A stretch of 64,000 nt of DNA from Balneolaceae bacterium (GTDB taxonomy: Bacteria > Bacteroidota > Rhodothermia > Balneolales > Balneolaceae): NCBI GenBank assembly GCA_041656135.1, contig JBBAEC010000004.1, forward strand, positions 53,460 to 117,459, given 5' to 3'. Below are positions 56,763 to 64,000 of the stretch, piece after piece. Made by a program: the position numbers and the translations under genes. The notes below the pieces were generated by a model. The model searched no databases. It was not told the origin of the DNA and saw only the letters and a list, made by a program, of their open reading frames with translations. The number at the start of each line of letters is the position of its first letter. Positions within the stretch are counted from its first letter, which is position 1.

Positions 56763-56824
56763 GATAACTCCTGTTTATGTTTATTTTACTGAATTATTGT
56801 TTATTTGTATTCGATTGCTAATTG

Positions 56825-58084
56825 CTAAAGTTCTTTAAACCAGTCTTTCATACGGGCAGTGATGTTTTTCATCACCTGCTCCATATCTTTCCCACCTTTA
56901 GAAGGTTTTGCTAAACTGTTTTTGCCATCAATTGTGCTTGTTTTTAAAGCATGCACTACCAAACCTACGCTTGTAGCGTAAATTGGGCTATTAACTTCCT
57001 CAACTAAGCCACCTGTTAGCCCAAGTGGGACACCGACTTTGGCATCCATGCCTAATATTTCGTTAGCTAATGGGCAAATATTCTTAATAAGTGCGCCACC
57101 GCCAGTTATAACTACGCCCGCACTTAGCGAGTCTGAGTAGCCACTGCGTTTAATCTCTATTCCTACTATTTCAAGGATCTCTTCCATTCTAGCTTGGATG
57201 ATTTTTGCAAGAATGCTTCGTGTAATTTCTTTAGGTGGCCTGCCAGCAATACCTGGAACGGTAATTACCTCATCATCATCAATCATGTCGGCATAGCTTT
57301 CGCCATTCTTCATTTTTAGCAACTCTGCTTGATCGTCGAGCACGCTAAGTCCTAAGCGGATATCGTCGGTTACTTTTTGGCCCGCAATGGCAATTACTGC
57401 TGTATGCCTAATTGTGTTGTCTTGAAAAATAGCAACATCTGTGGTGCCACCACCAATATCTACAAGAACGACACCTGCTTCTTTTTCTTCTTCATCTAAT
57501 ACTGAGTAAGAAGAAGCTAATGGCTCTAGAATAATGTCGGTTACTTCATAGCCGGCGCGTTGTACACAGCGGTATATATTTTTAGTAGCTGATACCAAAC
57601 CGGTAATAATGTGTACCTCAGCCTCCATACGCATGCCACTCATTCCAACAGGATCACTAATTCCATCTTGGCCATCTACCACAAACTCTTGTGGTATAAC
57701 GTGTAGAATCTGCTGGTCGGTTGGTAACATGATGCGTTGGCAGTCTTCAAGAAGGCGCTCAACGTCGCGGGCAGTGATTTCGTTATCACGATTGTTGATT
57801 GTAATAACACCTTTGCTTCGCATACTGCGGATATGATCGCCTGCTACGCCAACATTTACGGAGTTAACCTTGATACCAGAAGCAAGCTCTGCTTGGCCGA
57901 TGGCATCTTTTATGGCGTTTACTGTTTTGTCGATATTTACAACAACGCCACGGTTAAGCCCATCGCTAGCTGACTTACCCACTCCTAGAATGTTAATACG
58001 ATTGTGCTTTATTGAGGCGACAATTGCGCAAATCTTTGTAGTTCCAATGTCTAGACCTACCATTATGTTTTCTTGTTCTGACAT
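56825..58084 (-). CDS. ftsA: cell division protein FtsA
   Basis: Actin-fold motifs VGLDIGTTKICAIV, VLVDIGGGTTDVAIF and VITGGGALI. Lies between ftsQ and ftsZ. Confidence 0.95.
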   Translation of the reverse strand: MSEQENIMVGLDIGTTKICAIVASIKHNRINILGVGKSASDGLNRGVVVNIDKTVNAIKDAIGQAELASGIKVNSVNVGVAGDHIRSMRSKGVITINNRDNEITARDVERLLEDCQRIMLPTDQQILHVIPQEFVVDGQDGISDPVGMSGMRMEAEVHIITGLVSATKNIYRCVQRAGYEVTDIILEPLASSYSVLDEEEKEAGVVLVDIGGGTTDVAIFQDNTIRHTAVIAIAGQKVTDDIRLGLSVLDDQAELLKMKNGESYADMIDDDEVITVPGIAGRPPKEITRSILAKIIQARMEEILEIVGIEIKRSGYSDSLSAGVVITGGGALIKNICPLANEILGMDAKVGVPLGLTGGLVEEVNSPIYATSVGLVVHALKTSTIDGKNSLAKPSKGGKDMEQVMKNITARMKDWFKEL

Positions 58085-58149
58085 GTCAGTACCGGTATAT
58101 TTTATTGATTGCTAAATGGGTTCTCTTAACAGGCGATATGTGCGTTAAA

Positions 58150-58896
58150 TTAACTTTCACGAGTTACCACCTGGTTTAAAAATCTTAAATCTACTTGCTG
58201 GATTTTATTAATTCCTTTAACACGAACTATTTCGGCATAAAATGTTTCCCAGTTTTCAAATTTTATATCAAAATCATTCTCTCCAAAAACCAGTTTAACG
58301 CCATTTTCTTGGCTTAATGCTATTACGCCTTCTTCGCCATTGTATGCCACTTCACTAATAGTTGCCCAACCAAATTGGTTAGTACGTGCTGAGACTAATA
58401 GGTCTCTAATTTGAATAAACTCTGTATTATTAAGTGTGTCTTTGGTAGCTGTTGCATTAAAGCCGTACACCAAAGGTACGTTTCGAATCTTTCCGTTTAC
58501 GATGGGGAGTCGGACTCCCTCTTCATCTACATACACCCTATTATCTGCTTGCACTAACATTGCCAAAGGTTCACGCTCTGTAATGGAGATATTTAGATTA
58601 CCGTTTGGCTCTATATAAGGTGTGGCTATTTTAACATAGGGCAATGCTTCTATACGCTGTCTAATTGCCTGTACATCTATGCTGTCCGGGCTAATTCCAA
58701 ATGGAACAACTGCAGCCGCTTCTAGCTGTTCAGTCTCGGTAAAATAATTACCTGAGAATTGAACATGTTCAACAGTCACATTTTTATTCCAATAAATAGC
58801 AGCAAGCATAGCAAGACCACTAGCCATCAAAATGGCTGTTATAATAGGAAGCTGACTTCTATTAGTAGATTTGATATGTGAAGTATTCTCACTCAC
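58150..58896 (-). CDS. ftsQ: cell division protein FtsQ (POTRA domain)
   Basis: Single N-terminal TM segment (LPIITAILMASGLAMLAAIYW) and POTRA-like V..V.F.GN. Positioned murC-ftsQ-ftsA, with a 1-nt overlap with murC. Confidence 0.8.
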   Translation of the reverse strand: MSENTSHIKSTNRSQLPIITAILMASGLAMLAAIYWNKNVTVEHVQFSGNYFTETEQLEAAAVVPFGISPDSIDVQAIRQRIEALPYVKIATPYIEPNGNLNISITEREPLAMLVQADNRVYVDEEGVRLPIVNGKIRNVPLVYGFNATATKDTLNNTEFIQIRDLLVSARTNQFGWATISEVAYNGEEGVIALSQENGVKLVFGENDFDIKFENWETFYAEIVRVKGINKIQQVDLRFLNQVVTRES

Positions 58897-60329
58897 TATC
58901 TATCAGTACTTGGTTTAAAGGTTCCAGATTTCAATTCATTTACAAAAGCATCACCAAACTTGTAGATATCACCAGCACCCATGGTTATAATTATATCACC
59001 GGGTTTAGAAATTTTCTTCAGTTCTTCGGTTACGTTTTCTTTGTTTTCGATGTAAATCACTTTCTTATGCCCGTATTGCTCAGCGGTATCGGCAATGAGC
59101 TTACCAGTAACACCTTCTATGGGCGCTTCGCGAGATGGATATATATCAGTAATAATTAGCACTTCTGCATCAAAGAAGGAAAGACCAAATTCTTTATATA
59201 GATCTTGAGTTCTAGAATATAAATGTGGTTGAAAAACTGCGACTAAACGCCGATCTGGCCAGCCTTTATTAGCTGCATCTAATGTGGCTTGTACTTCTGT
59301 GGGGTGATGTGCGTAGTCATCAATAACTAAAATGTCATGTTCATCAGCTTTAAGTTGAAAACGACGGAAAACACCATCAAAACGTTCTAGGCCTTTCTTA
59401 ATCAACTTAAAATCGATGTTTAACTCGATACCAGTAGCAACAGCTGCCAATGCATTATTCACATTGTGTTTACCTGGCGAGTTTAATGTTATTACGCCTA
59501 GTTTCTCACCATTATTGGTAACACCAAAAGTACTCGTAAACTGATTTGATTGCAGGTCTACCGCTCTAACTTGTGCTTGTGGGGTTAAACCGTAAGTAAT
59601 AATGCGTTTTTCTAGCCTAGGAAGAATGCTTCGCACGTTTGGATCATCTAAGCAAACAATTACAGCGCCATAAAAAGGCACTTTGTTCGCATAATCGACA
59701 AAAGCATTTTTCACATCATCTAAATCGTCATAAATATCTAAATGTTCGGCTTCAATATTTGTGATAATAGCTATAGAAGGGGAAAGGCGTAAAAAAGTAC
59801 GATCAAATTCGTCTGCTTCAACAATTATCAAATCGCCTTTACCAACTACAGCATTGGTTTTATCAAAACTGTGTACTCTTCCACCAACAATAATGGTAGG
59901 GTCGTAATGTCCATCTTGTGCAACATGGCCAACCATAGTTGTTGTTGTTGTTTTGCCATGAGTACCAGCTACACCAATACCGAACTTCATTTTCATGAGC
60001 TCAGCAAGCATTTCTGCTCTTTTAATAGTTGGTATGCGTTTTTCAAGTGCAGCTTTAGTTTCTGGATTATCAGTTGCTTTTACAGCACTTGTGTACACAA
60101 CAACATCTGCGCCTTCAATATTTTTTGTTGAATGACCTATATAAATAGTGGCGCCAAGCTTTTCTAATCGATCGGTTGTTTCACTTTGTGCACCGTCAGA
60201 CCCCGTTATTTTATAACCGCGTTGGATTAGTATCTCTGCCATTCCGCTCATACCAATTCCTCCAATTCCCACCATGTGAATATGGCGAGTGCGACCAAAA
60301 ACGGGTTGTGTTTCTATTCTGTGATCCAT
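58896..60329 (-). CDS. murC: UDP-N-acetylmuramate--L-alanine ligase
   Basis: HMVGIGGIGMSGMAEIL, GVAGTHGKTTTT and the Mur ligase middle/C domains. Confidence 0.95.
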   Translation of the reverse strand: MDHRIETQPVFGRTRHIHMVGIGGIGMSGMAEILIQRGYKITGSDGAQSETTDRLEKLGATIYIGHSTKNIEGADVVVYTSAVKATDNPETKAALEKRIPTIKRAEMLAELMKMKFGIGVAGTHGKTTTTTMVGHVAQDGHYDPTIIVGGRVHSFDKTNAVVGKGDLIIVEADEFDRTFLRLSPSIAIITNIEAEHLDIYDDLDDVKNAFVDYANKVPFYGAVIVCLDDPNVRSILPRLEKRIITYGLTPQAQVRAVDLQSNQFTSTFGVTNNGEKLGVITLNSPGKHNVNNALAAVATGIELNIDFKLIKKGLERFDGVFRRFQLKADEHDILVIDDYAHHPTEVQATLDAANKGWPDRRLVAVFQPHLYSRTQDLYKEFGLSFFDAEVLIITDIYPSREAPIEGVTGKLIADTAEQYGHKKVIYIENKENVTEELKKISKPGDIIITMGAGDIYKFGDAFVNELKSGTFKPSTDR

Positions 60330-61435
60330 TAGTTCAATCTAGATTTTGCTAGTTCAATAATTTCTGTTGCAATCTGGTTCGCGGCATCAGGTTTAGCTAA
60401 TTTTAGTGCTGCAGCGCTCATTGCGGCCAATCTTTTATGATCGTGAACCAGCGTATGTATAATGCTTGGTAACGATTTGAGTGCAAGTGCGTCTTCTAAT
60501 AATATGGTTGCACCAGCATCTGCCATGGCTCTTGCATTTTGTGTTTGGTGGTCGCCTGCTACATTAGGCGATGGAATAAGCACACTTGGCTTTCCTACTA
60601 ACATGAGTTCAGAACAAGAGCTAGCACCTGCCCGGCTAATAACCAAATCTGCCGCTGCATAAGCTTCAGGCATTTTTTCTATATAAGGTACAAGCCTAAC
60701 ATTGGGGTATGAGGTCAAATTGATTTCTGTTGTAAGCCTGTCGTAGTATTGAGTTCCACATTGCCATAAAAGCTGAACACTAGTGAGGCCAAATAAATTG
60801 GCTTTTATAGCCTGATTTATAGATTTAGCACCGAGGCTGCCGCCCAATACTAAAAGCACTGGCTTTGTACTATCAAACTGAAATGCTTTTAAACCAATTT
60901 CTTTATCAACTTTTGTGAGTGAAGCTCGCGTGGGGTTACCCGCTTCAATAACTTCCTTGTTAGGGAAATAAGCTTCAGCCTCTTTAAATGCAGTAAATAT
61001 TTTAGACGCATACTTTGCTAGCATACGGTTTGTAACACCAGGAAAGCTATTTTGTTCTTGAATAACTACTTTAATATCCATTTTAGAAGCGGCCCAGCCA
61101 ATAGGCCCTGCAACATAGCCACCACACGAAACCACAACTTGTGGCTTAAAGGAGTTAAGTATCTTAAGGCTTTGAAGAACACTAACAACCAATTTAATTG
61201 GGAATAGTAAATTCTTGAGAGTAAATCTGCGCTGGAAACCACTTATCCAGATATTTGAAATTTTAAAGCCTGCTTTTGGTACAGCTTCCCATTCCATGTG
61301 GTTTTTTGTGCCCACAAATAATATTTCAGCATCAGGATTTAATTCCTTTATGGCTGTGGCAATAGCAATAGCTGGATAGACATGTCCACCAGTACCACCT
61401 GCTGCAACTAATATTTTTAGTTTTGAATTACGCAT
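60329..61435 (-). CDS. murG: UDP-N-acetylglucosamine--N-acetylmuramyl-(pentapeptide) pyrophosphoryl-undecaprenol GlcNAc transferase
   Basis: AAGGTGGHVYPAIAIA, GGSLGA and DLVISRAGASS..E. Confidence 0.95.
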   Translation of the reverse strand: MRNSKLKILVAAGGTGGHVYPAIAIATAIKELNPDAEILFVGTKNHMEWEAVPKAGFKISNIWISGFQRRFTLKNLLFPIKLVVSVLQSLKILNSFKPQVVVSCGGYVAGPIGWAASKMDIKVVIQEQNSFPGVTNRMLAKYASKIFTAFKEAEAYFPNKEVIEAGNPTRASLTKVDKEIGLKAFQFDSTKPVLLVLGGSLGAKSINQAIKANLFGLTSVQLLWQCGTQYYDRLTTEINLTSYPNVRLVPYIEKMPEAYAAADLVISRAGASSCSELMLVGKPSVLIPSPNVAGDHQTQNARAMADAGATILLEDALALKSLPSIIHTLVHDHKRLAAMSAAALKLAKPDAANQIATEIIELAKSRLN

Positions 61436-62618
61436 AGAACATCGGCTTCCTATCCCGGTTATGTTTTGAAATATTGAGTAGGATTCCTACCATTAAACCA
61501 GTAAAAAGCATGCTGGTACCACCATAGCTTACAAAGGGCATAGGTAAACCTGTAACCGGTAGCAAACCACTTGCTACGCCTGCATTTACATATCCGAATA
61601 GAACAATGGTGAGTGTGCAACCCATTGCTAACAGAGCTCCTAATTCATCTTCAGCTCGTTTTGCGATTCTCACCACTCCACGAAATAAAATGAGTGTAAA
61701 AATAAAGATTAAGCTTAGGGCACCAAGTAAGCCGTATTCTTCGGCTATAATGGCAAAAATAAAATCATTATATGGAGCTGGTAAAAAATCACGTTGAGTG
61801 CTTTTTCCAATACCAACGCCTGTTAGTTCGCCTTTAGCAATAGCAATTTGGGCCTGCTGCGCTTGATAGCCCCTACCTTGCAGAATCTCTGTGCTTTCAA
61901 TGTCTTTAATTTGGCGAACATACTCAGTTATTCTACTTTGGCGCACTTCTGATAAGCTGAGAACTAATACACCACCTATAACAGCTAGCACAACTAAAGC
62001 ACTAAGCTGTGTTACACTAACCCTACCAATAAACATGATGATTAGGCAAACGGCCATTAAAATACTAGCACTACTGAAATCTTGAGTGGCAATTAGGCCA
62101 CATGTTACTACTACCCAAAGCATAATGGGGAGGAAGCTTTTCTTGAAGTCTTTTATATAATCTTGTTTTTCGGCTAGTAGAACACAAACGTGTATAACAA
62201 GTGCTACAGAGGCAAAAGTTGAGGGTTGGAAGGTAAATGAACCTATGTTTAACCAACGTTTAGCACCAAACTGAGCGGTTCCAAAAAGCATTACTGCAAT
62301 CAATAGTAACCAGCTTAACACCATTCCAATCCTACTGAATTTAGACAGTGTGTGATAATTTATTTTAGAAACAAGAAGCATCACTACAAAGGCAATACCT
62401 AGCTTTATAATATGATCGGTTACCAGCCTGAATGCGGTAGTAGATTTAGATTCTGCGAAGTAAGCAATTGAGGAGTACACAGCAAGAATCCCAAAAATCA
62501 TAAGAATAATAACCGACATAAGTAGAATGCGGTCGCTACCTTGAGTTTTGGTATCGATTTCTTCTGGGCTAGTGCCCAAAATATTCGAGAAGTTTCTATG
62601 TGGACTTGTGTGTAACAT
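61428..62618 (-). CDS. ftsW: peptidoglycan glycosyltransferase FtsW (SEDS family)
   Basis: A 10-TM SEDS protein with the conserved FQPSTFA-like segment, DFIFAIIAEEYG and PFVSYGGTS. An 8-nt overlap with murG. Confidence 0.9.
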   Translation of the reverse strand: MLHTSPHRNFSNILGTSPEEIDTKTQGSDRILLMSVIILMIFGILAVYSSIAYFAESKSTTAFRLVTDHIIKLGIAFVVMLLVSKINYHTLSKFSRIGMVLSWLLLIAVMLFGTAQFGAKRWLNIGSFTFQPSTFASVALVIHVCVLLAEKQDYIKDFKKSFLPIMLWVVVTCGLIATQDFSSASILMAVCLIIMFIGRVSVTQLSALVVLAVIGGVLVLSLSEVRQSRITEYVRQIKDIESTEILQGRGYQAQQAQIAIAKGELTGVGIGKSTQRDFLPAPYNDFIFAIIAEEYGLLGALSLIFIFTLILFRGVVRIAKRAEDELGALLAMGCTLTIVLFGYVNAGVASGLLPVTGLPMPFVSYGGTSMLFTGLMVGILLNISKHNRDRKPMFYA

Positions 62619-62651
62619 TGAATTTATTTGTTGTTCAAACTCCTGTATTGT

Positions 62652-63998
62652 CTAAATTTTATTTACTTCGTCTTTAAAATCTCGGCCTCTATGCTCGTAA
62701 TCATCATACATATCGAATGATGCACAGGCTGGGCTTAGTAGTACTATTTCGCCACGTTTAGCTACTTTATTAGCTGCTTTTACGGCAGCCCACATACTTT
62801 CTGCGGCAATAAAATTTGGTACAATATCACCTAGTTGCTCTTTGATTTTGTCTTTAGACTCGCCAATAGCAATAATAGTGTGTACTTTTTCCTTTATCTG
62901 GTTAGCCAACTCGGTGTAATCATTTCCTTTATCTCGGCCACCAAGTATTAATGTCATTGGTTCGTTAAAACTGTCGAGCGCAAACCAAACAGCATTTACA
63001 TTCGTGGCTTTACTATCATTTATGTATTTCACACCATTTACAATGCGAACAATTTCTAGCCTATGTTCAACGCCTACAAAAGTTTTTAAACTCTCCCGAA
63101 TAGCCTCGTTCTTAATTTCAACGGCGCGGGCAGCAAGTGATGTTGCCATGCCGTTATATAGATTATGTCGTCCGTTAAGTCCTAAATCGTGTACAGGCAT
63201 CAGCGTTTCTTCCTTATTGTTAAATTTGAAGATGATATGGTCATTGCGTACAAAAGCACCTTCTTCAACCTCGTGGCTGTAAGAAAACGCCCATAATTTT
63301 GGTGAATTTGAATTCTTCTTAAGCTTATCAATATGATCTCGGATAATGGCATCGTCATAATTGTAGATAAGCCAATCGTTTTCATTTTGATTTTCTGATA
63401 TTCTAAATTTCGCGGCTGCATAAGCATCTAAACTGTTGTTATAACGATTCAAATGATCGGGCGAAATGTTTAGCAATAAACTGATAGTTGGCTTAAATGT
63501 TTTGATATGATCTAATTGAAATGAGCTCACTTCAAGTATAAAGTCACCTTTTTGATCGGCCACTTTTTCTGAGAAGGCAAAACCAATATTGCCAGCAAGG
63601 GAATAATTACGGTCGGCCTTTTTCCAAACGTCTGCAATCCATGAAGTAACGGTGGTTTTACCATTGCTACCAGTAATTGCAACAATGGTATTGGTTGTAA
63701 ACCAGCTAGCCACTTCAATTTCAGAGAAAACCTCTTTATTGTTCTTTAAATAATGCTGAACAATAGGTGCTTCTGTAGCAACGCCAGGACTTAAAACTGC
63801 AAATTCAGCAGAAAACGAGCGTTCTGTGTGACCTTTCTCTTCAAAATCTATATTAGCCTCAGCTAAGCGCATTTTTTGATGCTCAGCTATAGATCCAAAA
63901 TCGGAAACAAAGATATGGGCACCTTTTGCTTTTAGAAGTACTGCTACTGCAATACCACTTTTAGCTGCTCCAACTACGACGATATGTTTATTCACCAC
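62652..63998 (-). CDS. murD: UDP-N-acetylmuramoylalanine--D-glutamate ligase
   Basis: GTG start at 63998. Motifs are VVVGAAKSGIAV, ITGSNGKTT and the Mur ligase domains. The upstream dcw genes are outside the window. Confidence 0.93.
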   Translation of the reverse strand: MVNKHIVVVGAAKSGIAVAVLLKAKGAHIFVSDFGSIAEHQKMRLAEANIDFEEKGHTERSFSAEFAVLSPGVATEAPIVQHYLKNNKEVFSEIEVASWFTTNTIVAITGSNGKTTVTSWIADVWKKADRNYSLAGNIGFAFSEKVADQKGDFILEVSSFQLDHIKTFKPTISLLLNISPDHLNRYNNSLDAYAAAKFRISENQNENDWLIYNYDDAIIRDHIDKLKKNSNSPKLWAFSYSHEVEEGAFVRNDHIIFKFNNKEETLMPVHDLGLNGRHNLYNGMATSLAARAVEIKNEAIRESLKTFVGVEHRLEIVRIVNGVKYINDSKATNVNAVWFALDSFNEPMTLILGGRDKGNDYTELANQIKEKVHTIIAIGESKDKIKEQLGDIVPNFIAAESMWAAVKAANKVAKRGEIVLLSPACASFDMYDDYEHRGRDFKDEVNKI

Positions 63999-64000
63999 AT

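Noticed and set aside
58085-60329. Absence of murB and ddl between murC and ftsQ as a possible deletion
   Set aside because: The murC-ftsQ-ftsA-ftsZ order without murB/ddl is the usual arrangement in Bacteroidota-like dcw clusters. The tight overlaps (1 nt) argue for an intact operon.
1-64000. Search for tRNA, rRNA, tmRNA, RNase P, prophage, integrase/transposase, toxin-antitoxin or known defence modules
   Set aside because: I saw no cloverleaf-like sequences or conserved RNA signatures in the non-coding gaps. No ORF has integrase, transposase, restriction, Cas, Abi or TA-like motifs. The only marginal case is the HUH-like fragment at 38511-38774, which is reported as a low-confidence finding.

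Overview
This is a 64-kb chromosomal segment, roughly 40% GC by eye, from an FCB-group bacterium. It has a SusC/SusD pair and the Bacteroidota-type dcw order murD-ftsW-murG-murC-ftsQ-ftsA-ftsZ. The overall flavour is Bacteroidota/Balneolales-like, which I cannot verify without a search. All calls come from reading the ORF translations and the DNA by eye; no searches were run. I found no rRNA, tRNA, CRISPR array, transposase, prophage or recognisable defence genes.

Gene content, left to right:
- priA 3' end and two tandemly duplicated small outer-membrane-barrel-like genes.
- A GCS2-like ligase fused to a CBS pair, next to an AstE/AspA-type deacylase.
- scpB-rluB.
- An extracytoplasmic peptide-degradation neighbourhood: alpha/beta hydrolase, HEXXH metalloprotease, M28 peptidase and three amidohydrolase-fold genes.
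- An ECF-sigma/FecR-controlled SusC/SusD locus with nagB, two secreted PIG-L deacetylases, an MFS permease, a ROK kinase and a large unknown lipoprotein.
- A DASS transporter, wbqC-like gene, gltX, a PBP4-type carboxypeptidase, nhaC, an NRDE protein and a membrane SpoIIE phosphatase.
- A thioredoxin-like gene overlapping an MntR/DtxR regulator, a TolB-like propeller, an SGNH hydrolase, an AhpD-like protein, mutS2, phzF-like gene, a frameshifted GT4 gene, and the 3' half of the dcw cluster.

The best candidate for something undescribed is the amino-sugar PUL at 18.3-33.0 kb. It has no recognisable glycoside hydrolase or nagA and appears built around extracytoplasmic de-N-acetylation plus an 895-aa lipoprotein of unknown family.

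Secondary points of interest:
- A three-gene amidohydrolase set in which two members have lost the HxH metal motif.
- A mosaic of hairpin-rich intergenic repeat families filling every long non-coding gap, two copies of which bracket the M28 gene.
- A 686-bp tandem duplication that carries a relic of the priA 3' end.
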